A DNA stretch of 63,595 bases, filler included, from Octopus bimaculoides (lineage: Eukaryota): NCBI RefSeq assembly GCF_001194135.2. It is 6 parts of 5 records of this genome, joined end to end, with 100 filler letters (N's around TTAATTAATTAA, not from the genome) between each part and the next. Parts side by side here need not be neighbours in the genome. Positions count along the whole stretch, not along the records: positions 1 to 26,705 come from NC_068984.1; positions 26,806 to 46,094 come from NC_068984.1; 4 more parts are not named here. One strand, 5' to 3'. Below the pieces are notes generated by a model. It saw only the letters and a list, made by a program, of their open reading frames with translations. It was not told where the DNA came from and did no database searches. Both the position numbers and the translations under genes were made by a program. Of the stretch, positions 26,261-39,205 are shown piece after piece (the first letter of the stretch is position 1; every line of letters starts with the position of its first letter).

Positions 26261-26392
26261 AATTCAGGCCACTTAGTTTTAAATTGATGTCTTGCAAACA
26301 ACTCGCACATGAAAATGCTACCAGTCGAGAACTCCGCATACCGTAAGCCAGCAAGTGTATGGGGTCATCACTTGCTGGTTTCTATATATAAA

Positions 26393-26483
26393 CTAGCAGA
26401 AATAACCGGCGTTGCCCGGGTTAAAGAGAATAATGAAATCTAAAAACACCATCTAGACTACGCATCATCTTTATATATAGAGA
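26393..26483 (-). mobile_element. 91-bp non-autonomous Helitron
   Basis: Minus: A|TCTCTATATATAAAG...CCCGGGCAACGCCGG-TTATTTCTG-CTAG|T; 5'-TC, 3'-CTAG, subterminal GC hairpin, inserted between A and T. Confidence 0.8.
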
Positions 26484-26749
26484 TGTATATACACACACGC
26501 ACCCAAACACACGTATATATATGTATATCAATATAAATATATGAAAGTCAATGAAGTTTCGTAAAAGGTGATCATGTACATACTTTCTTGCTCTTGTGAT
26601 TATAACACCTCGTTGTAAACAATGTTCCTTGTTTTCCCTTGTGGAGCATATACAAATAGGTTTTTTTGCTGCCCACTCTTGAGCAGCCAACATACAGTTG
26701 TCCATNNNNNNNNNNNNNNNNNNNNNNNNNNNNNNNNNNNNNNNNNNNN

Positions 26750-26761
26750 TTAATTAATTAA
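26750..26761. other. Assembly linker TTAATTAATTAA inside an N gap (also 46139-46150, 52800-52811, 55036-55047, 60701-60712)
   Basis: Identical 12-mer centred in ~100-bp N runs; palindrome with a stop codon in all six frames. Confidence 0.92.
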
Positions 26762-26844
26762 NNNNNNNNNNNNNNNNNNNNNNNNNNNNNNNNNNNNNNN
26801 NNNNNTATATATATATACACATCCATACTTATACATAAACATTC

Positions 26845-26876
<32 letters not shown>

Positions 26877-27169
26877 GTATATATACACATATATACACAT
26901 ATGTCCATGCGTGTGTTTGTGTGCAAGTCGTGTGCAAGTCGCAAGCTGGGCGCGTGCCAGCGGAAACCAGCTGGGTCTGGCCACCACAGAGAAAGCAGGC
27001 AGGTAGGCAGGCAGACAGACAAAGAGACAGAGAGGCAAGTGGTACAGGCATGCAGACAAACAGCTATGCAGAGAGACAGGCAGGCAAGCCACTAGACAGA
27101 CGGACTGACAGACAGGCAGGCAGGCAGTCAGGCAGGCAGACTCACATTAATTTTCTTCCATTCACAAAA

Positions 27170-27214
27170 ATGGCGGCCGAATGTGCGACGATTTTCCAAT
27201 ATAGTTGTGACAAG
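27170..27214 (+). CDS. Candidate first coding exon (MAAECATIFQYSCDK) of an unidentified gene
   Basis: AAAATGGCGGC (YY1-type motif over the ATG) in a unique island between microsatellites; 15 codons ending at strong donor AAG|GTTAGT; no downstream exon identified. Confidence 0.4.
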
Positions 27215-28345
27215 GTTAGTAGTTCGCAGCGAGAAGAGAGCAAAAGCGGAGGGCAGGGGGTTGAAGATATCCACACACATACAGGCACACACATACACAC
27301 ACACACACACACACAGATACACATGCACACACATACACATGCACACACATACACATGCATATCCACCCACACATAAATGGATAGCATGCCCACGAAGAGA
27401 ATTTGACATTGTTCAAACGCATACATATATATACACAGACACACGCATAGATGCATATACAGGTCTCGCACGCACGCACAAATACAACCGCCAACGCACA
27501 CGTATGTGCATACGCATACGCACGTGCATCATTATATATATGTGGGTGTATGTGTATGTATGTATGTATGTATGTATGTATGCATCCATTTATGTCAGCA
27601 TGATTGTGTGTGTATGTATATATATATATATATATATATGCATGCGTAAATNNNNNNNNNNNNNNNNNNNNNNNNNNNNNNNNNNNNNNNNNNNNNNNNN
27701 NNNNNNNNNNNNNNNNNNNNNNNNNNNNNNNNNNNNNNNNNNNNNNNNNNNNNNNNNNNNNNNNNNNNNNNNNNNNNNNNNNNNNNNNNNNNNNNNNNNN
27801 NNNNNNNNNNNNNNNNNNNNNNNNNNNNNNNNNNNNNNNNNNNNNNNNNNNNNNNNNNNNNNNNNNNNNNNNNNNNNNNNNNNNNNNNNNNNNNNNNNNN
27901 NNNNNNNNNNNNNNNNNNNNNNNNNNNNNNNNNNNNNNNNNNNNNNNNNNNNNNNNNNNNNNNNNNNNNNNNNNNNNNNNNNNNNNNNNNNNNNNNNNNN
28001 NNNNNNNNNNNNNNNNNNNNNNNNNNNNNNNNNNNNNNNNNNNNNNNNNNNNNNNNNNNNNNNNNNNNNNNNNNNNNNNNNNNNNNNNNNNNNNNNNNNN
28101 NNNNNNNNNNNNNNNNNNNNNNNNNNNNNNNNNNNNNNNNNNNNNNNNNNNNNNNNNNNNNNNNNNNNNNNNNNNNNNNNNNNNNNNNNNNNNNNNNNNN
28201 NNNNNNNNNNNNNNNNNNNNNNNNNNNNNNNNNNNNNNNNNNNNNNNNNNNNNNNNNNNNNNNNNNNNNNNNNNNNNNNNNNNNNNNNNNNNNNNNNNNN
28301 NNNNNNNNNNNNNNNNNNNNNNNNNNNNNNNNNNNNNNNNNNNNN

Positions 28346-28384
<39 letters not shown>

Positions 28385-29106
28385 ATGTATGTATATAATA
28401 GTCTGCATGTGCATATTTTCCCCTGTGTATGTCTGTACGTGTGCATCTGAAATAAGAACAATAGTGACGACAACAACACCAACAACAACAACAACAACAA
28501 CAATAACAAAAACTCGCAATCCAAAACAATAATATGGCGACGACCGAAGATAAATGAACGGGGAAATATTTACATCTGATTGCTAATGTGAGTCCTACTA
28601 AATGGATTTTTAATATATTATTATCATAAATTACTACTATTATTATTATTATCATTATTATCATTATTACTATTCTTATTAACAATATTATTTTATATTT
28701 TACAACATTCATTTATCGACCTGTATTTTCTACGTTTGTTTCTCAATAATTTTTATTTATTCATGTTTTCGCAACAAACCCAGCTTCAACGTATTCAAAC
28801 TACTGTGAATAACGGTTCTCTTTCATAATTCTCATTGTTTTTATTACTATTTTATTCGTATTATATATATATTTTTTTCTTTTTCGTTATTCTTATCATT
28901 ATCATTGTTTGTTCTCAATTATCATATTCTTTCTTCTTTCTTTCTTCTTCGTCTTTCTTCTTTTTCTTTGTATCTCTTCTGAAGATTCTTTTTTTATGAA
29001 CGATTACATCCTTCCTCACAAAATTACGTGGCCTTCTGTCTAATTTTGAAAACGTCATCACTGTTATTCAGCTGCTGTTGACATTAACATTGTCGCTATT
29101 ATTATC

Positions 29107-29165
<59 letters not shown>

Positions 29166-29640
29166 CATCCTTTGTCATCATATTCCCCCATCGTTTAATA
29201 TATTTCTTGCTTTTTAGTTATAATCTCCAAATGTATACATATTTAGCAAACCACACATGTAATAAACATACATGCACGCATTAATATGCACAGACGTGCA
29301 TTTGTGTATGTGTTGATGGACGCACACACGTGTATATATGTGTGTGGTTAAGTGCGTGTATTTATGTGTACGTTTGTTCCTAGTGTACGTCGTGCTTCTC
29401 CTTTAAACTGGAATGAATTTGAAACAATCTTCATTTCGGTAACGATTCCTTCTTGAGATCTCAACATTACCATTTAACGCAGTTTATCTTTTAAAAAAAA
29501 GCCTCCAAAGTAATATTGCGTTGAGTAAAACCTTCAATCCCACTGCGTGGCACCTTGGGCAAGTGTCCTCTATTATAGCCTCGGGCCGACCAAAGCCTTG
29601 TGAGTGGATTTCGTAGCTGGAAACTGAAAGAAGCACGTCG

Positions 29641-29691
<51 letters not shown>

Positions 29692-29896
29692 TTGTACCCC
29701 CACCACCGCTTGACAACCGATGTTGGTGTGTTTACATGCAAAAGAGACCGATAGAATAAGTACTAGGCTTATAAAGAATAAGTCGTAGGGTCCATTTGTT
29801 CGACCAAAGGCGATGCTCCAGCATGGCCGCAGTCAAATGACTGAAGCAAATAAAAGAATAATAAAATTTATCATGATTAATTATAATTTATTGCCA

Positions 29897-29956
<60 letters not shown>

Positions 29957-30264
29957 CGTCGTTAATATCACCACCGCCGCCAAAACTCTTGTCCTCATTG
30001 CGATCATCATTACAACAATTCACCATCAACCTCGTCACCAGACTGAATAAACAAACATTTGATAAATCGCAGCGAAAAACAGGAGCATCGGTGTATCTAG
30101 AACCAGCTAACTTTGCTTCCGTATCCAGCTGACCAGCTGTCAACTACTGCTGCTATGATACATGCCTGTGTCTAATATGTCACTTGCCGCTCTAGTTTCG
30201 CTTTCATTTTCCCAACACTTCTTGCCATCGTACTTTCATTTTCGATATTGCTGTGTGTTTACAG

Positions 30265-30313
30265 TAGTAGTCAGGCTTGCTAGAAGCAGCGCTGGAATAA
30301 CTACATTACAATG
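30265..30313 (+). other. Candidate 5'-UTR exon ending in ATG|GTGAGT
   Basis: Acceptor TGTGTTTACAG, donor ATG|GTGAGT, in non-repetitive sequence. Confidence 0.3.
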
Positions 30314-31230
30314 GTGAGTGAGTACTGTTGGCAGATTAATGTCGCTAGATAGATGTCGAACGACAGATATTATAATAGCTGTCTTGTACTGTGCGTGTCC
30401 TCATTTAGTATCAATTTCTTCATATTTTAATATATTTATTAATGTGTATTCGTGTATATAAATAGAGAGAGAAAGTGAGAGAAAAAGCGAGGTAGAGAGA
30501 GGAGGAGAGTGTAGCTAGTAACCAGTGACCGTGTTCGCTTGATTCCGTATTTGTTATCACAGAGCTTGTCATGCAACTAGCTTGATAGATACGTAGAACA
30601 CTATCTCAAAGTACACATATAATGTATGACCATATTACACCAGCACATACACATGCACACAGGCAAAAATTTATGAAGACGTACGCGACGAGATGTATGA
30701 ACACGTCTTCCGACATAACGCGCATTCACAAACATGTACATATGCGGATACTAAACTGTCTGTTGACTTGAAATATATACGAAACGAAATAAAAGTACTA
30801 GCTCTGTTGCATTTTTTTAAATACTTTTAATACTAATAATTTTGTTTCTACTTTAGAGTAATAAATAGATAATAGAGCTCGAGTGAAATATTTCTTCCTA
30901 CTCTCTGAGTTCAAATCCCGGTGAAGTCGACTTTTGCCAGTTGTCCCTTCAAGGTGGATAAAATAAATTAAATCAAATACAAAGTCGACTTTGCCAACAT
31001 GCAATGGATACAAAATGTACGAAAGAACGCAAATCCCCATCTTAATGTGGGACCCCGATGTCAGGTAGATGGGATAATCGGTCGGAATGGACTACGGTCA
31101 AATGAATAAAGACAATGCTTAATACAACGTACGGCAGCCAATACAACGAGAACAGGCCCATATAGACGCACATACATCTTCCAACATCTCTATCTATTGA
31201 GCTATCTACACACACACAGACATACATACA

Positions 31231-31278
<48 letters not shown>

Positions 31279-32087
31279 NNNNNNNNNNNNNNNNNNNNNN
31301 NNNNNNNNNNNNNNNNNNNNNNNNNNNNNNNNNNNNNNNNNNNNNNNNNNNNNNNNNNNNNNNNNNNNNNNNNNNNNNNNNNNNNNNNNNNNNNNNNNNN
31401 NNNNNNNNNNNNNNNNNNNNNNNNNNNNNNNNNNNNNNNNNNNNNNNNNNNNNNNNNNNNNNNNNNNNNNNNNNNNNNNNNNNNNNNNNNNNNNNNNNNN
31501 NNNNNNNNNNNNNNNNNNNNNNNNNNNNNNNNNNNNNNNNNNNNNNNNNNNNNNNNNNNNNNNNNNNNNNNNNNNNNNNNNNNNNNNNNNNNNNNNNNNN
31601 NNNNNNNNNNNNNNNNNNNNNNNNNNNNNNNNNNNNNNNNNNNNNNNNNNNNNNNNNNNNNNNNNNNNNNNNNNNNNNNNNNNNNNNNNNNNNNNNNNNN
31701 NNNNNNNNNNNNNNNNNNNNNNNNNNNNNNNNNNNNNNNNNNNNNNNNNNNNNNNNNNNNNNNNNNNNNNNNNNNNNNNNNNNNNNNNNNNNNNNNNNNN
31801 NNNNNNNNNNNNNNNNNNNNNNNNNNNNNNNNNNNNNNNNNNNNNNNNNNNNNNNNNNNNNNNNNNNNNNNNNNNNNNNNNNNNNNNNNNNNNNNNNNNN
31901 NNNNNNNNNNNNNNNNNNNNNNNNNNNNNNNNNNNNNNNNNNNNNNNNNNNNNNNNNNNNNNNNNNNNNNNNNNNNNNNNNNNNNNNNNNNNNNNNNNNN
32001 NNNNNNNNNNNNNNNNNNNNTATATATATATTATGACAGTTACATATAAAAATATATATAGATATTTATCTATATAAACAAACACGT

Positions 32088-32144
<57 letters not shown>

Positions 32145-32969
32145 TTTCATATATGTTTAATTGTATATATTGATCCCATTTGTGAGCGGTTGGGTGAATG
32201 CACTTATGTTAAATGTAGAAAAAAAATAGTCAGAATTTATATCTGATTTATCTCCCTTTCAATGAATAACTCTTGACCAGGTTATTACAAAATGTAGAAT
32301 ATAATGTTATATAATAAACGAGTGGGCTGTATACGAATGTTATAGCTATACAATAAAGCGTATTGAATATTTTATTGATATCACACACATTTGAGAATTA
32401 GATAACGGAAACAATATAGTTTCACTAAAAACTTAAGTATTTCGAGTAACTTCCCTCGTAAGTTAAGAACCTGTTAAGTTCGTTAGGTTAGGAAGCACAC
32501 CATATTGGTTGGTTTCTTGCGCCATCTGGGTAACTTAAAGAACCCCGTTGCTTTTATGGTGTTAAGCTGAGAATGAAACCCCGCTTACAGTCTACGGAAT
32601 TGCCCAAAAGTTCATACATCGCATAAGGATTTTTCGTTTTTTTTTTTTTGTTGTTTTTTTTTAAGTGGTAGCGAAACCTTTTGGGTGATCAAAAATCTGG
32701 AAGTTATTTCAGTCTGAAGCAAATAATAAACTACTGCAATAATTGTCTTTCAGTTCATATAGTAGTTTGTATTCCTTTTGTCTTTCAGAAACTAAAAATA
32801 ATAGCAAATTTTTCTACTCTCGGCACAAGACCCGATATTGTAGGGGTGTCGTTCAGTCGATTACATCGGCGGGAAATACTCTACTGCTAATTATTTTATC
32901 AAAGCCTCAATGATGAGGATGACCACGACGACGACGATAATGATGGTGGTGATGATGATGATGAGGGCA

Positions 32970-33560
32970 AGACAATCTACGTGAGGTACTCATTAAAAAC
33001 ATTTCATGGGCTGATAATGCAGCATTTACCAACCAACAGGAAATCTAATCCTTGCTTGACCCCTTCCTTCATGCCTGAAGGAAACGTACATCTTCAGAGA
33101 GGGCACCGAGTTATTATTAATGAACATCAACAAGAAACTTAAGATTTCTCGACTTCTTAAACACTAAGAATGACAAGCAGATCAGGGTGGTACCTTCAGC
33201 TGTCGCCTCTTTCATGGGACTGGCGCACACTGAATTGTCTAGCATACAATATGCTCAGACAGCAAGGACTACACTATCTACGCACGAGTAACATGAAAAT
33301 ACCCGGTATCTCTATGGAGTCTTGTGTAGAGCCTTGCAGGTGATCGAGTGATGTGTATGGCACACGGGACTTGAATCTCAACACAGAAGACAGCCGCAGA
33401 AGAACGGACGCCGCATATAAAAAGTGAACAGGTGAAAAGGGATACATATGTGCGAACAGATCAATTCCCACAGACTGATGTGGTCCCAACAACAGAAGCA
33501 CATTAAAAATATAATCCGTAAGGGGAACTGTAAATATATACAAGACTTCTCTCAAGTTTA
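32970..33560 (+). mobile_element. Degraded RTE-clade LINE ORF2 fragment
   Basis: WADNAAF (cf. LFADDAAL) followed by segments resembling downstream RTE ORF2; heavily mutated. Confidence 0.45.
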
Positions 33561-34560
33561 GAATGTGATGTTATTTTCGTTATCTACATTCCAGCCACGA
33601 CTTTTTGTATCTTTGTTAGAAACTAACTCGTTCTTCAGAGGAAGAATTCAAATAATTAAATATTAAATATAGAAGAGAATACACACACACATACACATAC
33701 ACACACACACATACACACGTACGTACTTACGTACATACATACATACATATGTACATACAAGCTGAAAATTATGCCAAACTAATAAAAAAAATATCTGCAA
33801 ATTCGAGAAGCACCCGAAGAGTAAATTAAGATTTTTACTTGTGATTATTAGAGCGGTTGGTTATGGAACTAATTGCCTCAGAAAAAACTTGAGCAACTGG
33901 GTTTCACCAAAACAGAAAAAGATATCGCTAATTACTGAATTAGAAGCCAATTAATGAAACTGAAAATATGTAAAGCAATGCAGAATTTGCTCTGTAGTAT
34001 GTATATATAACTGCACAAATATGGTGATACTTTGTATGTATATGAAAGTATATATAAGAGGATACATATCGATTGAAGCACACCATAGCATCGAAAAGCA
34101 ACAATACAAGTATATACATTTGCAGATGCGTGCATAATGCATACACACCTATATACATACATATATAAGTGTGTATGTATGTATATATATATATATATAT
34201 TTATTTATATATGTTGTTTGTTCCTCCTCGAGCCACGTCTGGCTCATAAGGGCTGTTTTCCCGATTTCATTGGCGTATAGATTCCTCTGATGTTATAAAT
34301 ATTTCAAAAGTAATACACGGAGATATTCGGTCTCTAATTCTGTTTATTTTGGTATTAAACCCATTATCACTTATTTTATGGCTCCATACTAGGGTCTGCT
34401 ACTTTTAGAGATACAAATGTAAGCCGTAATCCTCGATTCTAGTGGATTCTAACAGTATTTTCATCTTACGGACGCTTGGACTTGGGCCAAAAGAAATGTT
34501 CCTATGTTATTGGCGAGCGTAGAAAAATCAGTCATTTCAATACAAAAACTGTGCAATAAC

Positions 34561-34628
<68 letters not shown>

Positions 34629-34984
34629 NNNNNNNNNNNNNNNNNNNNNNNNNNNNNNNNNNNNNNNNNNNNNNNNNNNNNNNNNNNNNNNNNNNNNNNN
34701 NNNNNNNNNNNNNNNNNNNNNNNNNNNNNNNNNNNNNNNNNNNNNNNNNNNNNNNNNNNNNNNNNNNNNNNNNNNNNNNNNNNNNNNNNNNNNNNNNNNN
34801 NNNNNNNNNNNNNNNNNNNNNNNNNNNNNNNNNNNNNNNNNNNNNNNNNNNNNNNNNNNNNNNNNNNNNNNNNNNNNNNNNNNNNNNNNNNNNNNNNNNN
34901 NNNNNNNNNNNNNNNNNNNNNNNNNNNNNNNNNNNNNNNNNNNNNNNNNNNNNNNNNNNNNNNNNNNNNNNNNNNNNNNNNNNN

Positions 34985-35037
<53 letters not shown>

Positions 35038-35125
35038 ATATATATTTTTTCTTCTCCGCATCGCACTCATTTCTTACTACAAATCTCCTCATACAGATGT
35101 AATAATTCTTATCTTCTACTATTAC

Positions 35126-35176
35126 TGTCTCCGATGAAGGGATACGTTGAATTTTCCCTGAAGCAGCTGTAAGACA
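35126..35176 (+). ncRNA. Hammerhead-like motif with CCGAUGA core variant
   Basis: TGTCT-CCGATGA-A-GGGA..TCCC-T-GAAG-CAGCTG-TA-AGACA: stem I TGTCT/AGACA, stem II, palindromic stem III, GUA site; core deviations U4C and GAAG. Confidence 0.55.
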
Positions 35177-35390
35177 TTCTACATAAAATATAAATTTACT
35201 GATGCCATTGGTCTCTTTATCTCATTCTTTTTATATATACACACGCTAATACACGACCCATGTTATATTCCCCATTCATGTTGCAACCACATCTGGGGCA
35301 AAACTAGTCGGTATACAGCATGGAAGTTACTTACTTACTCGGTATTACCTGTATCATTCGGGTCTGGTTGACTCCATTAGTCTTCATAAC

Positions 35391-35428
<38 letters not shown>

Positions 35429-35682
35429 GCAGAGAGGGAGAGAATTTATGAGACAGCAATCTATGGTATCTAATCTCTTTGGCCATTGGGGTCAGAAAAA
35501 ACTGTTAACCGTTCAGATGACCAGTAGTAGCAGTGGCGGTGGTGGTGATGGTTGTAATTGGTAGTTGTTGCTCGTTGTTGATATTTGTGGCATGAGCAAT
35601 GATGGTCGCGTCGTTAACCTGTTTGGTGGTTTTAGCCCCCAGAATAGCTTCTGATCAAAGACGTTCCAGTCCTGACTGTCTT

Positions 35683-35729
<47 letters not shown>

Positions 35730-36102
35730 GATATAACTTTTTTCCATGTTTATATGAATATCCAACCTTCATGCTTTCAGACCATACTTATTATTTGCTA
35801 CGTCTCCATTCGTCTTTTTCAAGTCAACTGGATTTGGTGTGAGCGAGTCAGGGTAACGATTTGCAGTGGGTCGAGTAACAAACAGAGGCTTTTCGTTGAC
35901 TTGCGTAATATGGTGGAAATTTGACAGCTATTTCTGTAATTATCAATGCCTGTGTGAGGAAGAGTGACTCTAAACATTAACTAACTTCCTTGCGGTTATT
36001 GATAAAATAATTCCACAAAAATCATGGCACATCTGTTAGAAAGAAAAGTAGAAAGAAACAGTCGGCCCCTGAACCCATCATTCTTACCCAAAATTTGTTA
36101 TT

Positions 36103-36139
36103 TACTTCTGACCGGAAGTAAACGAACAACATGACGTCA
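36103..36139. promoter_or_regulatory. Candidate promoter: ETS site plus palindromic CRE
   Basis: ACCGGAAGTA (36111-36120) within inverted TACTTC..GAAGTA, and TGACGTCA (36132-36139); minus-strand donor TGG|GTAAGA at ~36088. Confidence 0.3.
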
Positions 36140-36177
36140 CAATCTGATCGCTATGTCATTTGATAATAATAAATAAT

Positions 36178-36409
36178 AAATGTGCCCCTTTAAAGCCTAG
36201 CCAAGCTCATGGACCTGGTTTCAATGGCATATGCGTTCCCCAGCTGGACGGGACGCAGCGTTACTCATTTTTGCCAGCTGTGTGGATTGGAGCAACGTGA
36301 AATGAAGTGTTTTGCTCAAGAACACAACGCATCACCCGATCCAGGAATCGAAACCACAATCTTACGATCATGATGCTGACACCCTAACCACTAAGCCACG
36401 CGCCTCCAC
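36178..36409 (-). mobile_element. tRNA-derived SINE, family D (CORE-like centre)
   Basis: Head GTGGAGGCGCGTGGCTTAGTGGTTAGG...GTTTCGATTCC, then TGTGTTCTTGAGCAAAACACTT. Confidence 0.75.
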
Positions 36410-37900
36410 GTGTCATTTGATAGTTTTTGCCAATTCCCATAACAAATTATTTCCCACAGTTTTCTTGCATTCGTTCACACTTGCTGTCATCTGTTTGTTT
36501 GCATGAAATGAATGTGACTCTAACATAAAAAGATTCTTCATCAAAGTCTAGAAATACTTGTCACACACATTTAATAATACCAGTCATCTATGTTCCTCCG
36601 CTCTATAACCCAGCCTCTGCATAATCACTCAAACTGATAGAAATAGTAACCACACATCTCCCTCAAAAACACGCCCTATAGTTTTAATGAAAGGAAAGAG
36701 CATTTGGAATATTATTGTGCAATATCCAACAAAATGTCGAGATTGTTCTACATGGAACACACATAATCATCAGAGATTAGCCCTCACAGACCTAGCCTAG
36801 TGTTAAAACAATTTCTTACATATCCACTCACATCAGCTTAGTCTTTACTTTCTCAAGATTTCCGCTTATCTCTTCTCACTGAGTTATTTCCCTTGTTTGA
36901 TCCTCTTACTAGTTTTAATTTAAACGCATTCTTTCTCAGATAATTGAATGGATTAACTCATTCGCTCCAAGATTTTTACAACCAAAAAAGAATTGCAAAC
37001 GTGAAACCCTATCATATCGTATGGCTAAGAGCACGTGCCTCTCTTATTCCATTCCTGAAGACTTTCTCTCAGTTCACGTGTGTATGTATTGTGTGTGCGT
37101 GTGATTTAAAATCTCTTATCTTTAACTACGCTAAAACTACGTTCATCCTGGATTCCATGGTTGATGAGAGGTGTTCTGCGTATAGTTACCATGTCCCACC
37201 TCGAATGTCACTGCATATATCATATATGCACCATTGTGTATCGATGCAAATAGCCTAATAAGCTTTCCTTATTATCTATCTACAGCCCACAAGAAGACAA
37301 GGCTTACGACGTTGAGTACCTTTCTTAACAGCGAGGAAAATAAAACGGAGCAGTCCGCTCTCTCATTGTTATTTCTGTTAAATCAGAGCGAATACCATAT
37401 CGTGGGTAACTCGTCCAGACCGGAAGACGTTTCGCGACTACAGCGAAATGTTGTTGTTATTATTGACGTTTAGAGTTCTGGCAAGTACTATTCTGGCAAT
37501 TATATTACCATACACGACCTGTTCCGATGAAGTTTCCGTAAATCTTCCATTAGAATCAAGTGTGGCAGCCTGTGTAATTGGAAATCTCAATGAATTATAG
37601 CACTGTACATTTACAAGGGAGCATTTCTTTATCCTCTAACTTCATGTGTCGTTCTATTTGACGCGACAATTTAAGTGCGTGTGTATGTGAAGCTCGTCGA
37701 AACGCCGGTGTTAAAACGTGGGTAGCTGATGAAGTAGAATGTTCTCTATGTGGCTCGTGTGTTCTCGTCTACGTTTGTTTGCAATGTCCTGTACCCAGAT
37801 ATGCACCTATACATACAGGTGGATGTCGGTATGCACATACCTGTACGTATATATGCATATACTCATTTACTTTTGTTTATATATATATATATATATATAT

Positions 37901-38285
37901 AGGTACAGGAGTGGCAGTGTGGTAAGTAGCTTGCTTACCAACCTCATGGTTCCGGGCACTTCCAGTGCGTGGCATCTTGGGCAAGAATCTTCTACTATAG
38001 CCTCAGGCCGACAAAAGCCTTGTGAGTGGATTTGGTAGACGGAAACTGGAAGAAGTCCGTCGTTTATGTATGTTTATGTTTGTGGTTCTATGTTTGTCCC
38101 AACTACATCGCTTGACAGCTGATTTTGGGGTGTTTACGTTCCCGTCAACTAGCGGTTCGACAAGAGGTACCGATAGAGTAAGTACTAGGCTTACAAAGAA
38201 TAAGTCCTGGGGTCGATTTCCTCGACTAAAGGCGGTGTTCTAGCATGGCCGCAGTCACATGACTGAAACAAATAAAAGAATAACA
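37901..38285 (+). mobile_element. CORE-type SINE, family A (octopus OR-like)
   Basis: tRNA-like head, CTTGGGCAAG CORE-like block, internal microsatellite, tail GCATGGCCGCAGTC..TGACTGAAAC..AAAAGA; many further copies (~5684, 9466, 21285, 22430, 23280, 29530, 38450, 43005, 44061, 56050, 57700). Confidence 0.85.
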
Positions 38286-38672
38286 GAAAATATATATACA
38301 CATATAAATATAAATATGTTCACACGGAAACACATACACACATATTTATGTATGGCTTTTGCATCTATATAAAGATATGTGTATACATACATATATTTGA
38401 ATATATATGCATATGTACGTATGTATGTATACACACACACACGCACACGCACATTACACCTTTTATCTTTTGTTTCAGTCGTTTCAAAGCGGCAAAGCGG
38501 TCATTCTGGAGCATCGTCTTGAAGAGTTTAGTCCAGCAAGTCGACTCTTGTACAATTTTTCATCCTCGTACTTATCCAATTGGTCTCTCTCACTAAATTA
38601 CGGGGCCGTAACCTAACGAACAGCGGCTGTCAAACGGTGGCGGGGGGGACAGGCCAAAGACAGATAAATACA

Positions 38673-38714
<42 letters not shown>

Positions 38715-38863
38715 ATGTATGTATATGTGCATGTATGTTTATATCTATGTGTGTGTGCGTACATGTGTATGTATATGTACTTGTGTGTGTATGTATATAT
38801 AATATATATAGATGTATATAGACATATAGACCTATTTATATATATATATACATNNNNNNNNNN

Positions 38864-39205
38864 GGCTTACAAAGAATAAGTCCTGGGGTCGATTTCCTCG
38901 ACTAAAGGCGGTGTTCTAGCATGGCCGCAGTCACATGACTGAAACAAATAAAAGAATAACAGAAAATATATATACACATATAAATATAAATATGTTCACA
39001 CGGAAACACATACACACATATTTATGTATGGCTTTTGCATCTATATAAAGATATGTGTATACATACATATATTTGAATATATATGCATATGTACGTATGT
39101 ATGTATACACACACACACGCACACGCACATTACACCTTTTATCTTTTGTTTCAGTCGTTTCAAAGCGGCAAAGCGGTCATTCTGGAGCATCGTCTTGAAG
39201 AGTTT
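38864..39205 (+). repeat. Exact 342-bp copy of 38188-38529 next to a 10-N gap
   Basis: Identical sequence at offset 676 (ORFs 38255 and 38931 are identical); starts at a gap edge and ends at a gap edge. Confidence 0.9.

Noticed and set aside
32519-32533. CTCF-like motif GCGCCATCTGG
   Set aside because: Single short match in probable repeat sequence; expected by chance
37282-37473. Exon or ORF AHKKTRLTTLSTFLNSEE... and a hammerhead at ~37420-37450
   Set aside because: No recognisable homology; GAAACGTC lacks an upstream CUGANGA; adjacent to PLE debris
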